64,000 nucleotides of DNA from contig JACDOI010000006.1 in assembly GCA_017656145.1 (NCBI GenBank), positions 400 to 64,399 of the forward strand, read 5' to 3'. Below the pieces are notes generated by a model, which saw only the letters and a program-made list of their open reading frames with translations, was not told the DNA's origin and made no database searches. This DNA is from Bacillota bacterium (lineage in GTDB: Bacteria; Bacillota; Limnochordia; Limnochordales; ZCTH02-B6). Position numbers and translations under genes: made by a program. Positions 28,348 to 38,267 of the stretch are shown here, piece by piece; position 1 is the stretch's first letter; every line of letters begins with the position of its first letter.

Positions 28348-28436
28348 ACTGTGCGCGGCCCGGCGGCGGGAGCCGAGCCGCTGAAGGAGAGGGCTCAAGC
28401 AGCGCCGAAGTTCGGCCGTGGACGGAGGTGGTGAGG

Positions 28437-28757
28437 GTGAGCCGCGCCGGGGGGGCGCGGGCTGACATCGCCCGCAACCTGCAGGCTATCGAACGGCTCA
28501 AAGCGGATCTGGCCGTCAGTTTCGCCGCCCTTTACCAGGCCATGTACCGCAACGAAGACCGGGAGATGGAGGCCGCTCTCGCCGACGTGGTCATCGGTGC
28601 GTTTTTGCTCAGCAAACGATTGGGAATCTCGTACGCGGGGCTGGATGCGGCTGTTCTGCGGCGCCTGAGGGCCATGCGGGGACAAGGGCATGAGGCCGAG
28701 GAGTGGTTCGGTGACTGCTCCGCACTGCTCGCGTACCTGCAGGACGGGGCGGGGTGA
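28437..28757 (+). CDS. MazG-like family protein
   Basis: DIARNLQAIERLKADL...LADVVI..FLL.KRLGI...E.WFGD.SAL; typical position after rpsR in Clostridia-like genomes. Confidence 0.85.
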   Translation: MSRAGGARADIARNLQAIERLKADLAVSFAALYQAMYRNEDREMEAALADVVIGAFLLSKRLGISYAGLDAAVLRRLRAMRGQGHEAEEWFGDCSALLAYLQDGAG

Positions 28758-29806
28758 GCGGCATGGACGGGAAGCGGCCGCCGCACGGGCCGGGCGGGTC
28801 CGTCGACGGCGCGGTCCTGGCCGCGGCTGCCGTTCTCATGGCCGTGTTGGGCGCCGTATCGCCCCTGCCGTTGTGGGGGCTATCTCCTGCACCGCTGGCG
28901 GCGCTGGTGTACCGCCACGGCTACCGGGCCGGCATTGTTTCCGCGGCGTTTGTGGTAATCGTTGCCGGTGCTCTGCAGGGGCCGCTTTTGGCAGAGCTGG
29001 AACCCATCCTCCCTTCTGGGACCGAGCGCCCGGCGCTTTTGTCCGCCATGGCTGTCCCCGTGACCGTGGGGCTTTTGGGGCTTGTCATCGGTGGGGCATG
29101 GCGGGAGGGCGTTGCGGCAGGACCCACCTTTTGGCTCGGCCTGGGCGCGGCGCTGTTTCCCGGCGCCGCCCTGTGGACTCTTGTCCGGGTGATCGAGCGG
29201 GTTGATCTGGTAGGCCTGGTGATCGATGTTTGGGTGGCTCTGCTTGAAACCGCGGCCGATCAGGCGGCGGGCGGACCCTTGGCTCCTGAGGCCGCTAGGA
29301 GCCTGCAAGAGGCCGCAGCCAGCTGGAAGCAAGCGTTTGCCGAGGCGCGGCCGCTTTTTCCCGGCATGATGGCGAGCTATGCGGTCCCGTGGGCATTCGT
29401 CAACATGGCCATTGCCCGCTGGCTGTTGCAGCGTCTTGGCGAGGCGCCGCCCTGGTTTCCGCCCTTTTCCCGATGGCGGTTCCCGTGGCCGGTGGCCCTC
29501 GGGTTCGTCGCCGGCCAGGGATTGTTGCTTGGCGCTGCGATTACCGGCAGCCGGTTGATGGAAATCGCCGGGGGCAACCTGAACGTCTTTTTTAGCGTAC
29601 TGTTTACGGTGCAGGGGCTGGCGGTAGGCTGGCACTGGCTGAAGCGGCGAAGGGTGCCGCCGCTTCTGGGGGCCGTCATGTTGGGAATCGTTTGGTTCGC
29701 CCTTCCCAACGTGCCCCCGTGGGCTGGGGTGCTGGATACGTGGTTCAATTTTCGCCGGCTTCCGACTTCCGATGAGGCCGCCGACGGGGGGAGAATCGAG
29801 GGATGA
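28754..29806 (+). CDS. YybS/DUF2232 membrane protein
   Basis: Multiple TM helices; PPFSRWRFP, QGLAV and G.LD.WFNFRR motifs; synteny before rplI. Confidence 0.88.
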   Translation: MSGMDGKRPPHGPGGSVDGAVLAAAAVLMAVLGAVSPLPLWGLSPAPLAALVYRHGYRAGIVSAAFVVIVAGALQGPLLAELEPILPSGTERPALLSAMAVPVTVGLLGLVIGGAWREGVAAGPTFWLGLGAALFPGAALWTLVRVIERVDLVGLVIDVWVALLETAADQAAGGPLAPEAARSLQEAAASWKQAFAEARPLFPGMMASYAVPWAFVNMAIARWLLQRLGEAPPWFPPFSRWRFPWPVALGFVAGQGLLLGAAITGSRLMEIAGGNLNVFFSVLFTVQGLAVGWHWLKRRRVPPLLGAVMLGIVWFALPNVPPWAGVLDTWFNFRRLPTSDEAADGGRIEG

Positions 29807-30255
29807 AGGTCATCCTGTTGCAGGACGTCAAAGGCTTGGGCCGGAAAAACGACGTGGTCGACGTGGCCGAAGGGTACGGACGTAACTACCTGATCCCGCG
29901 AGGGCTCGCGCTGTTGGCCACCGACGCGAGCTTAAAGCAGCGGGAGCAGAAACAGCGAGCCGAGAAGCGCAAGCGGGAACGGGAGGAAGCCCAGGCCCGG
30001 GAGACCGCAACCAAGCTGGAAGCCCGGCCGCTGGTGCTCAAGGTCAAAGCGGGTGAGGGCGGCAAGCTGTTTGGCTCCGTCACGGCCGCCGACATCGCCC
30101 GGGAACTGTTGCAGCAGCACGGCGCCAACGTGGACAAGCGCCGCATCGAGCTGGATGAGCCCATCAAGTCAATCGGAACCTATGAAATTGCCGTCAGGCT
30201 TCATCCCGGGGTGCAGGCCCGCCTCAAGCTGGAAGTGCTGGAGGAGTCGTCATGA
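29803..30255 (+). CDS. rplI: 50S ribosomal protein L9
   Basis: MKVILLQDVKGLG...VAEGYGRNYLIPRG, GKLFGSVT, IKSIG. Confidence 0.98.
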   Translation: MKVILLQDVKGLGRKNDVVDVAEGYGRNYLIPRGLALLATDASLKQREQKQRAEKRKREREEAQARETATKLEARPLVLKVKAGEGGKLFGSVTAADIARELLQQHGANVDKRRIELDEPIKSIGTYEIAVRLHPGVQARLKLEVLEESS

Positions 30256-32192
30256 GTTTCTGGAAGCGGCCCCCGGCCGGCCAGGCGCCGGCCGGGCCGC
30301 GCCCGGCGATACGGGTCAGCGGAGACGCCCGGCGCCGGTTGGCCGTCTTATGGGAGGTCATGGCCAAGGTCCACGGCCCCGACGGGCTGGTGCTCAAGGC
30401 CGGCCAGCTGGACGTCTTGCAGGACATGCGGTCTGACGATCCCGTCCGGCAGGCGGTAGCTCTCCGCCGGCTGTTGCACGACGACCCGACCCTCGACGGT
30501 GCACCGTCCGAGCGATTCGACGAGATTCTAAACGAGCTGGAGGAGACGGTCGCCGATCTGCTGGCCCGGCGCGCGGTCGAGGCGCAAATCGAGCGGCGGG
30601 TAGCCGAGCGGCTGCGGGCCCGTCATGAGGAGTACGTCAAAGATTTGCGCCTTCAGGTTATCAAGGAGGAGGGCGGACCCGATAACGCTCACACGCTGCG
30701 CAAGCTGGCGCAGCTGGAAAAGCTGGAGCGGCGCCGCCTGTCCCGCCCGCTGGCAGAGGAGCTGAGGCCCCGGACGCTTGAGGAAGTCGTCGGCCAGGAG
30801 CGAGCGGTGGAAGCCCTCATGGCCCGGCTCTGCTCGCCGTTCCCGTCCCATGTCATTCTCTACGGGCCGCCCGGGGTCGGCAAGACGACGGTGGCCCGGC
30901 TTGTGCTTGAGGCGGCCAAGAGGCTGCCGTACACACCGTTTTCGGAAGATGCACCCTTTGTGGAGGTGAACGGCGCCACCCTCCGCTGGGACCCCCGGGA
31001 GGTGGTCAACCCTCTCTTGGGCTCGGTACATGACCCGATCTACCAAGGAGCCCGCCGGGAGCTGGCGGAGACCGCGGTTCCCGAGCCGAAGCCCGGACTC
31101 GTGACCGACGCCCACGGCGGTGTACTGTTCATCGACGAAATCGGCGAGATGGACCCGTTGCTCCAGGTCAAGCTTCTGAAAGTCTTGGAAGACAAGCGGG
31201 TGAATTTCGACTCGGCCTACTACGACCCCGACGATCCGAAAGTTCCCCGCTACATCCGCAAGCTGTTTGAGGAAGGCGCGCCGGCGGACTTCGTCTTGAT
31301 CGGCGCGACCACCAGGGAGCCCGGCGAAATTAATCCGGCCCTGCGCTCCCGGTGCGCGGAAGTATTTTTCGAACCTTTGACCGATCGCCAAATCCAGCTG
31401 ATTGTCGCCCAGGCCGCCGGCCGCCTGGGAGTGGAGCTCGATCCCGAAGTGCCGGCCCGGATCAGCCGTCACACCGTGGAAGGCCGCATGGCCACCCGGA
31501 TGCTCGCGGACGCCTACAGCCTGGCGCTGCACCGGGCCGGGGGCCGCGAGCCGGTCCGCATCACCGCCGAGACGGTGTCGGAAGTGGTGCGCATCGGCCG
31601 CATTCCGCACCTGGCGCCGGCCCGGCCCCGGCGGCCGGCGGAAGTCGGCCGGGTTTTCGGCCTGGGCGTCAACCGGTACGTCGGCGCCGCGGTGGAGATC
31701 GAAGCCGTGGCCTTTCCCGCCCGGAAGCCGGGCAAGGGCACCGTCCGGTTCAACGAGACAGCCGGCACCATGTACCGGGACTCGGTGTTCAATGTGGCCT
31801 CCGTGCTGCGGAAAGTCGCGGGGCTGGATCTTTCCGACTGGGATGTGCACGTCAATGTTGTAGGCGGCGCCCGCATCGACGGGCCGTCAGCCGGGGCTGC
31901 TATCCTGGTCGCGGTGATGAGCGCCGTCCGAGGCTGGCCCGTCCGGCAGGACACGGCCGTCACCGGCGAGGTGTCCATTCAAGGGTTCATCCGCCCGGTG
32001 GGCGGCGTGTACGAAAAGCTCTACGGCGCCCGGCGGGCGGCGCTCCGCCGGGTTTTGCTCCCGCAGGACAACGCGGCTGACGTTCCCGGCCCAGTGGAGG
32101 GGCTTGAGGTGGTGTCCGTGGCGACAGTAGAGGAGGTCGTCGCGGAGATGTTCGGCGGGTTGGCCGAAGACGAGGCGAGCAATGGTGCGTGA
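30252..32192 (+). CDS. lonC: Lon-family ATP-dependent protease LonC
   Basis: Walker A GPPGVGKT, LFIDEIGE, DGPSAG (catalytic Ser), PVGGVYEK (Lys). Confidence 0.92.
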   Translation: MSFWKRPPAGQAPAGPRPAIRVSGDARRRLAVLWEVMAKVHGPDGLVLKAGQLDVLQDMRSDDPVRQAVALRRLLHDDPTLDGAPSERFDEILNELEETVADLLARRAVEAQIERRVAERLRARHEEYVKDLRLQVIKEEGGPDNAHTLRKLAQLEKLERRRLSRPLAEELRPRTLEEVVGQERAVEALMARLCSPFPSHVILYGPPGVGKTTVARLVLEAAKRLPYTPFSEDAPFVEVNGATLRWDPREVVNPLLGSVHDPIYQGARRELAETAVPEPKPGLVTDAHGGVLFIDEIGEMDPLLQVKLLKVLEDKRVNFDSAYYDPDDPKVPRYIRKLFEEGAPADFVLIGATTREPGEINPALRSRCAEVFFEPLTDRQIQLIVAQAAGRLGVELDPEVPARISRHTVEGRMATRMLADAYSLALHRAGGREPVRITAETVSEVVRIGRIPHLAPARPRRPAEVGRVFGLGVNRYVGAAVEIEAVAFPARKPGKGTVRFNETAGTMYRDSVFNVASVLRKVAGLDLSDWDVHVNVVGGARIDGPSAGAAILVAVMSAVRGWPVRQDTAVTGEVSIQGFIRPVGGVYEKLYGARRAALRRVLLPQDNAADVPGPVEGLEVVSVATVEEVVAEMFGGLAEDEASNGA

Positions 32193-33069
32193 CTTTTCGG
32201 GAGAAACGGCGGTGGTAGGCCTCATCGGCTACCCGGTGGCCCATTCGCTTTCGCCGGTGATGCACAATCGGGCCTTCGCCCAGCTCGAGATGAACTGGGT
32301 GTACGTGCCGTTCCCGGTCCGGCCTGAAGATCTCGAAGCCGCGGTGAAGGGACTGCGAGCCCTGTCGTTGCGGGGCGTCAACGTCACCGTTCCCCACAAG
32401 ACCGCGATCGTGCCGTTCCTTGACCGGCTGACGCCAGCCGCGGCCGCCATCGGGGCGGTCAACACCGTGATCAACCAAGATGGCTATCTGGTCGGCGACA
32501 ACACCGACGCCATTGGGTTCGTTCGGTCGTTGCGGGAGGAAGCGGATTTCGACCCGGCGGGAAGCCGGGCGGTCATCCTCGGCGCGGGCGGGGCCGCTCG
32601 GGCCATCGCTGTGGGACTGGCGGAAAGCCGTGCAGCCCGCATCGCCATCGCCAACCGGACGCGGGAACGGGCCCGGGAGCTGGCTGAACTTGCCGCCCGG
32701 CTGGGCCCTGAAACGACGGCGCTGGCGCTAGACTCTCCGGAACTGGAAGAGGAGCTGGCCGCGGCCGACGTGCTCGTTCAGACGACGCCTTTGGGGATGG
32801 CCGGCGCCGGAGAAGCCCACCTGCCCGTGAACGAAAACTGGTTGCATCCTCCCCTGCTGGTATGCGACATTGTATACACACCGCTTTACACACCCCTGTT
32901 GGCCGCGGCCGCCCGCCGCGGATGCCGGATCGTGCCGGGATGGGGGATGTTGCTGTATCAGGGCGTCGAGGCCTTTGAACGATGGACGGGGAGGCCCCCG
33001 CCGATCGCGGTCATGCGCCGGGCCCTTTTGGACGCGCTGCAGATGAGCCAAGGAAGCGAGGAGGCGTAA
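32182..33069 (+). CDS. aroE: Shikimate dehydrogenase
   Basis: HSLSPVMHN, NVTVPHK, GAVNT, NTD, GAGGAA, ML.YQG. Confidence 0.95.
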   Translation: MVRDFSGETAVVGLIGYPVAHSLSPVMHNRAFAQLEMNWVYVPFPVRPEDLEAAVKGLRALSLRGVNVTVPHKTAIVPFLDRLTPAAAAIGAVNTVINQDGYLVGDNTDAIGFVRSLREEADFDPAGSRAVILGAGGAARAIAVGLAESRAARIAIANRTRERARELAELAARLGPETTALALDSPELEEELAAADVLVQTTPLGMAGAGEAHLPVNENWLHPPLLVCDIVYTPLYTPLLAAAARRGCRIVPGWGMLLYQGVEAFERWTGRPPPIAVMRRALLDALQMSQGSEEA

Positions 33070-33078
33070 ACGGTTCGG

Positions 33079-34266
33079 ATGACGGTCGAACGGTACGGCG
33101 AGCTCGGGTCCGCAGCGCGGATCTTGCTGGGCCCGGGCCCAAGCGAACCGGATCCCCGCGTCATGCAGGCCATGATCACTCCGGTGGTGGGCCATCTGGA
33201 TCCGGCGTTTCTCAACGTCATGAACGACACCCGAGATCTGCTCCGGTCGGCGTTCGCCACGGCCAACCGGCTGACAGTGGCCATGTCGGGTACGGGCAGC
33301 GCCGGGATGGAGACGTGCATGGTCAACCTATTGGAACCCGGCGATCGGGCCGTCATCTGCGTCAACGGCGCCTTCGGCGAGCGCATGGCCGAGATGGCGC
33401 GCCGCACGGGTGCGGAGACGGTCATCGTGCGGGCACCGTGGGGACAGCCCATAGACCCGGCGGATGTGGAAGAGGCGCTCAAGCAAGGCGGTGCCAAGAT
33501 CGTAGCCTTCGTTCACGTTGAAACCTCCACCGGCGTCTGCCAGCCCGTCGAGGAGATCGCGTCCTGCGCCCGGGCCTACGGGGCCCTTTCGGTGCTGGAC
33601 GCGGTATCGTCTTTGGGCGGCATGCCGGTTCGCATCGACGAGTGGGGGATCGACGCGGCGTACAGCGGTTCCCAGAAATGCCTGGGCGCTCCGCCGGGCC
33701 TGGCGCCGGTGACGCTCAACGACCGGGCCCGGGAGCGCATTGCCCGCCGAAAGGGGGCGGTACAAAGCTGGTATCTCGATCTGACGCTGATCGAGAACTA
33801 CTGGGGCGAAGCCCGCGCCTACCACCATACCGCTCCTATTTCCATGGTGTACGCTTTGCGGGAGGCGCTGCGGGTCGCGGCGGCCGAAGGCTGGGAAGCC
33901 CGATTCGAGCGGCACCGCCGGCTGGGCCGGGCGCTGCAGGCGGGCCTGGCCGCGATGGGGCTTGAGCTTCTTGCGCCCAGGGAGTACCGGGCCCCGGTCG
34001 TGACCGCGGTCCGGGTGCCCGACGGGGTGGACGAGGCCGCAGTCCGCCGCCGGCTCCTGGCGGAGTACGGGATCGAGATCGCCGGAGGTCTCGGAGAGCT
34101 CAAGGGGCAGGTATGGCGCATCGGCCTCATGGGTTATTCGTGCCGCTGGAGGAACGTGGTGCTGCTCCTTTCCGCTTTGGGCGCCGTCCTAAGGGATCTA
34201 GGAATCCAGGCGTCGGTGGACGAGGCGCTTTCCGCCTCGGCTGAGGCGCTGGCCGCGGGAGATTGA
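33079..34266 (+). CDS. Alanine-glyoxylate/serine-pyruvate aminotransferase (class V PLP)
   Basis: LLGPGPS, ETSTG, DAVSSLGG, SGSQKCL (PLP-Lys), YHHTAP, WRIGLMG. Confidence 0.93.
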   Translation: MTVERYGELGSAARILLGPGPSEPDPRVMQAMITPVVGHLDPAFLNVMNDTRDLLRSAFATANRLTVAMSGTGSAGMETCMVNLLEPGDRAVICVNGAFGERMAEMARRTGAETVIVRAPWGQPIDPADVEEALKQGGAKIVAFVHVETSTGVCQPVEEIASCARAYGALSVLDAVSSLGGMPVRIDEWGIDAAYSGSQKCLGAPPGLAPVTLNDRARERIARRKGAVQSWYLDLTLIENYWGEARAYHHTAPISMVYALREALRVAAAEGWEARFERHRRLGRALQAGLAAMGLELLAPREYRAPVVTAVRVPDGVDEAAVRRRLLAEYGIEIAGGLGELKGQVWRIGLMGYSCRWRNVVLLLSALGAVLRDLGIQASVDEALSASAEALAAGD

Positions 34267-34387
34267 CCGGCCGGCGAGGAGGCCGGAAGGCAGGGAGCCG
34301 GAAAGACCCGGGCGCGTCCGTTTGGGTTCCAAGCATATAAGTACGTCATAGACCGGTGCCCGGAAGCTCTCGGCTGGAGGGTGCAGC

Positions 34388-35500
34388 GTGCGCAAATTGC
34401 GGGTGGGGGTTATCTTCGGCGGCCGCTCCGGCGAGCACGAAGTGTCCCTCATGTCGGCTCAAAGCGTCATTCAGGCCATCGACCGGCAGAAATACGAAGT
34501 AGTTCCCATTGGGATCACGCGCGACGGCCGGTGGATCGCCTCCGGGGACCCGATGCGGGCCTTGCTCGAAGGCAGACCGGGCCTGTCAGCCCCCGCGGCG
34601 GTCTTGCCCCAGCCCGGCGCCGGGTTGCGCCTGACCGACGGCGGCAGTTCGGGCAGGGAGTCAGGGGATGCGGCCATCGACGTGTTCTTTCCCGTGCTCC
34701 ACGGGCCCTACGGCGAGGACGGCACGATCCAAGGGCTCCTCGAGCTGGCCGGAGCGCCGTATGTGGGATCGGGCGTTGCCGCCTCGGCCGCAGGAATGGA
34801 CAAGGCGATGATGAAAGCACTTTTCCAGCAGGCGGGCCTGCCGGTGGTGCCCTACGTCGTCGTCGTCGAGCCCGAGTGGCGGCGGGATGCGGCGGCAGTC
34901 CGGGCCCGGCTGGAAGCGGAGATCGGATACCCGTGTTTCGTCAAGCCGGCGAACATGGGCTCCAGCGTCGGCGTGAGCCGGGTGACATCAGGGGAGGGCT
35001 TGGGCCCTGCGCTGGAGCGGGCGCTGCGCTACGACCGCAAGGTGCTCGTCGAACAGGAGGCCTCTTGCTGCCGGGAAGTGGAAGTGGGCGTGCTCGGCAA
35101 CGACGATCCCGAGGCTTCGGTCCCCGGCGAGGTCGTGCCCGCCGGAGACTTTTACGATTACCGGGCAAAATATCTCGACGACCGCTCGGAGCTCATCATC
35201 CCCGCCCGCATCGGTCCCAAGGCCCGGGCCGCGGTGCGCGACATCGCTCTGCGGGCTTTCCGGGCCATCGACGGGGCGGGCCTTGCCCGGGTGGACTTCT
35301 TCGTTCACAAGGAGACCGAGCGAGTCTGGGTGAATGAGATCAATACGATGCCGGGATTCACCCGGATGAGCATGTTCCCCAAACTCTGGGAAGCATCCGG
35401 CCTGCCCTACGACCAGCTCATCGACCGCTTGATCCAACTGGCCCTGGAACGCCATGGCCAGCGGGCCCGGCTGGAAACCCGGCCCGAACCCGCCGGCTGA
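34388..35500 (+). CDS. ddl: D-alanine--D-alanine ligase
   Basis: FGGRSGEHEVS, LHGPYGEDG, KPANMGSSVG, FYDY.AKY, NEINTMPGFT. Confidence 0.97.
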   Translation: MRKLRVGVIFGGRSGEHEVSLMSAQSVIQAIDRQKYEVVPIGITRDGRWIASGDPMRALLEGRPGLSAPAAVLPQPGAGLRLTDGGSSGRESGDAAIDVFFPVLHGPYGEDGTIQGLLELAGAPYVGSGVAASAAGMDKAMMKALFQQAGLPVVPYVVVVEPEWRRDAAAVRARLEAEIGYPCFVKPANMGSSVGVSRVTSGEGLGPALERALRYDRKVLVEQEASCCREVEVGVLGNDDPEASVPGEVVPAGDFYDYRAKYLDDRSELIIPARIGPKARAAVRDIALRAFRAIDGAGLARVDFFVHKETERVWVNEINTMPGFTRMSMFPKLWEASGLPYDQLIDRLIQLALERHGQRARLETRPEPAG

Positions 35501-35524
35501 TTCCTGATTCGGGGAGGGAGCCCG

Positions 35525-35827
35525 GTGCCTGCGTCGTTGCGCCTCGTTCTGGCTAGCGCCGCTATGGCCGGCTGGGCGTGGTGGTTTTGGAACGTTGTCG
35601 TTCACGCGGCGATGCCCGCCTATGGACCGCCGGCCCATCATCTCGCGGCTTTGCGGGCTGCGGAGACGCACGGCGTTTTGGCCGGAGCGGTTGTTCTCGC
35701 CCTCTGGGGGCGGGAACTGGCGCTGTGGTTCCGGAGGCGAACTTCCGGGATCGCCCGGGGGAGCCGCCGTTCGGGAGGAATCCGCGGGCGGGCGGCCGAA
35801 TCCCGCGCGCACGTGTCCTGGAGGTGA
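35525..35827 (+). CDS. Small hypothetical membrane protein
   Basis: GGGAGGGAG RBS, two hydrophobic segments, fills the gap between ddl and the DnaD gene. Confidence 0.5.
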   Translation: MPASLRLVLASAAMAGWAWWFWNVVVHAAMPAYGPPAHHLAALRAAETHGVLAGAVVLALWGRELALWFRRRTSGIARGSRRSGGIRGRAAESRAHVSWR

Positions 35828-35835
35828 CTGGTCCG

Positions 35836-36672
35836 GTGGCCACGGAGGGTATCCGCCTGGATGACGGCGGAGCAAGGAAGGACTGGCCACTTTTGGTGCC
35901 GCGCGCCATTCTGTCCGCGTACCAGCCCGTCGTCGGCACCACCGCCACCCTTCTTTGGCTCAACCTGTACGCCATGGCCAGTGGGGATCCGGCCGGGGAT
36001 GCCGGACCGCCCGCGATGCCCGTGGAACCTGCGAGCTTTCCGAGCAGCGGCCCTCGAAGCGAGACGGCGCAAGGATTTGACGGTGCAAGGCTTGTGGACA
36101 GGCTCTCCCGGTTAATGAGCGTATCCGCCGCGGAAGTCGAACGGGCCGCCCAGAAGCTGGAGAGCGCGGGGTTGCTGGTGCGCTCGCCCGCGGGGTGGCT
36201 TTTACGCTGGCCGGAAGGGGCGCCTCCCGCGCCAGCAACCAGCGCCGCGCCCGGGGGCGCTGCGGAGGGGCCGGAGCCTTTGGCCCGGCGCTCGGCGGAC
36301 GTAGAGGATGCGCTCAAAGCGGTGGTCGCCTTTTACCATCAGCGAATCGGGCTGATGGGCCCTTCGCAGTTTCAGCGGCTCCGGTTTTGGATCGAGGAAC
36401 AAGGCATGTCCGCCGACGTGGTGGCCTTGGCCATCGAAGAAACGGTCCGTTCGGCCCGCACGCCCCGGCTCAACTACCTGGAAGGGGTGCTGCGCAACTG
36501 GTACAACGAAGGGATCCGCACCCTGGAAGATCTGCAGCGGAGCCAGCGGGCCCGGGCGCTGAAGTCTACGGCCAACGCAGAAGGATCGCCCAACGCGGCT
36601 GCGTACAATCCGGTCGACCCTGACGCGGTCCGCCGCTGGAAGGAGATGTTCGCCGATGAGTATGACGGCTGA
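35836..36672 (+). CDS. DnaD-domain protein (N-terminal winged-helix-like, C-terminal DnaD/DnaB_2 domain)
   Basis: YQPVVG..AT.LWL.L and A..KLE.AGLL; C-terminal DVVALAIEE...LNYLEGVLRNWYNEGIRTLED (YxxxxLxxW motif); GTG 35836 after GGAGGTG. Confidence 0.82.
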   Translation: MATEGIRLDDGGARKDWPLLVPRAILSAYQPVVGTTATLLWLNLYAMASGDPAGDAGPPAMPVEPASFPSSGPRSETAQGFDGARLVDRLSRLMSVSAAEVERAAQKLESAGLLVRSPAGWLLRWPEGAPPAPATSAAPGGAAEGPEPLARRSADVEDALKAVVAFYHQRIGLMGPSQFQRLRFWIEEQGMSADVVALAIEETVRSARTPRLNYLEGVLRNWYNEGIRTLEDLQRSQRARALKSTANAEGSPNAAAYNPVDPDAVRRWKEMFADEYDG

Positions 36673-38035
36673 AGCCCGCCGTCTGCCGCATCTGGCCGAC
36701 CTCGACGCCGAGCGGCGGATCATTGGAATCTTCTTGAAACACCCCGAGACGGTGGACATGGCTGTGGACCGTCTCACCCCGGAACATTTCCAGGATCCGG
36801 CCCACCGCCAGATCTATGAGGTTATCCTCGACTTGTATCATAACGGCGGTCGGGTTTCGTACACCCAGGTGTACAATCGCCTCCGCAAAAACGCCGGAGT
36901 GCCGTGGAACGACATCCTCATCGCCATCACCGAGTCGTTCGTCAGCCAGGCGGAGCTTATTCCGAGCCTCGATTCCCTCAGCGAACGGCTGGCCCGCCGC
37001 CGCATTTTGGCCGCGGCCGAAGAAATTCAGCGGCTGGTGCTGTTTGACCAAGATCAGCCCGTCGACCGGCTGCAGGCCCGGGCCCAGGAGCTGATCTTTC
37101 AGGCCACCGCCCAGAGCGCGGGCGGCGACGACGTGAAAGACCTCATCGATGTGCTGCGCAAATGTTACGTAGAGTTACTGGAGCGGCGCGAGGGGAAACG
37201 GCCGTCGGGCCTGCTGGTGAAGTATCCGTCCATCGACATGGTGACGACCGGTTTCAAAAGCGGCGACCTGATCATTCTGGCTGCCCGTCCCTCGATGGGC
37301 AAAACGTCGCTGGCCCTCAACTGGGCCGTCAACGTGGCCAAGTCCCGGCAGCGGACGCCGGTGCTCATCTTCAGCCTGGAAATGGACGACGTGCAGATCG
37401 GCGATCGGCTCGTCATCAGCGAACTGCTCCGGTACAAGGAGCAAGGGCCGGCGGCGGAGGTGACCGCCCGGGACTACGCGACCCGCATGGACGACGCCAA
37501 GTTCGCCCGCACCCAGTCCATCTTCAACGAGCTGTACCACCTGCCGATCAAGATCGTGGATCGACGGGGACTCACCGTCACCGATATTCGGGCGAAGGCC
37601 CGCAAGGTGAAAGCCGAAGAGCCGAACCTGGGCCTCATCATCATCGACTACCTGCAGCTCATCAAGCCGCCGCCGGCCAGCAACAAAAACTGGGCGCTGG
37701 TCGTCGGCGACATCGTGCGGGAAGTGCGGGATCTGGCCGGCGAACTCGACGTGCCCATTATCCTGCTGTCCCAGCTGAACCGGGGCGTGGAATCCCGGGA
37801 CAACAAGCGGCCGGTCATGTCGGACCTGCGGGACAGCGGCAACATCGAGGAGTTCGCCGACGTCGTCATCTTCCTTTACCGGGAGGACTACTACTACCCC
37901 GATAAGGCCCGGGAAAACGGGACCGAGGGAATGGTGGAAGTCATCTTCGCCAAGCAGCGCAAGGGCGAAACCCGCACGGTCCAGTTGCGGTTCGTCAAAG
38001 AGTACACCCGGTTCATCGACCCGGCCGATGAGTGA
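36656..38035 (+). CDS. dnaB: DnaB-family (SF4) replicative helicase, divergent
   Basis: N-terminal AER.IIG...L.PEHF..PAH..IY; AARPSMGKTS, FSLEM, IIIDYLQL, LSQLNR, SDLRDSG.IEE.AD, AKQRKG. Confidence 0.9.
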   Translation: MSMTAEARRLPHLADLDAERRIIGIFLKHPETVDMAVDRLTPEHFQDPAHRQIYEVILDLYHNGGRVSYTQVYNRLRKNAGVPWNDILIAITESFVSQAELIPSLDSLSERLARRRILAAAEEIQRLVLFDQDQPVDRLQARAQELIFQATAQSAGGDDVKDLIDVLRKCYVELLERREGKRPSGLLVKYPSIDMVTTGFKSGDLIILAARPSMGKTSLALNWAVNVAKSRQRTPVLIFSLEMDDVQIGDRLVISELLRYKEQGPAAEVTARDYATRMDDAKFARTQSIFNELYHLPIKIVDRRGLTVTDIRAKARKVKAEEPNLGLIIIDYLQLIKPPPASNKNWALVVGDIVREVRDLAGELDVPIILLSQLNRGVESRDNKRPVMSDLRDSGNIEEFADVVIFLYREDYYYPDKARENGTEGMVEVIFAKQRKGETRTVQLRFVKEYTRFIDPADE

Positions 38036-38267
38036 TGGGCGGTCGATGAAGGAGGGCAGGCCGTTGGACTTGTTTGAGGACATGGAACGGCTGAAGCTCA
38101 AGTTTTTGGCCGCGTTTGAAGAGCTGGCCCGGCGCGGCATCATCGGCGAAGCGCAGCTCGCGGAGATCATCGATCTGGTGGACAAGCTCGACGAGCTTTC
38201 GGAGGAGGAAATCCGGGCCCGGCTTGGCCGCTACGTTCCGGGGGATGTCGATGCGGGCGTTGGCTGA
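38028..38267 (+). CDS. Small acidic helical hypothetical protein
   Basis: 79 aa, overlaps both the dnaB stop and the next gene start; protein-like composition. Confidence 0.7.
   Translation: MSDGRSMKEGRPLDLFEDMERLKLKFLAAFEELARRGIIGEAQLAEIIDLVDKLDELSEEEIRARLGRYVPGDVDAGVG

Noticed and set aside
34330-34350. CATATAAGT upstream of ddl as a sporulation promoter for the ddl-dnaD-dnaB block
   Set aside because: No convincing -35 element; equally compatible with a weak sigmaA -10
35525-38267. Prophage call for the DnaD-DnaB module
   Set aside because: No integrase, att repeats, iterons, structural genes or visible composition shift; flanked by core genes
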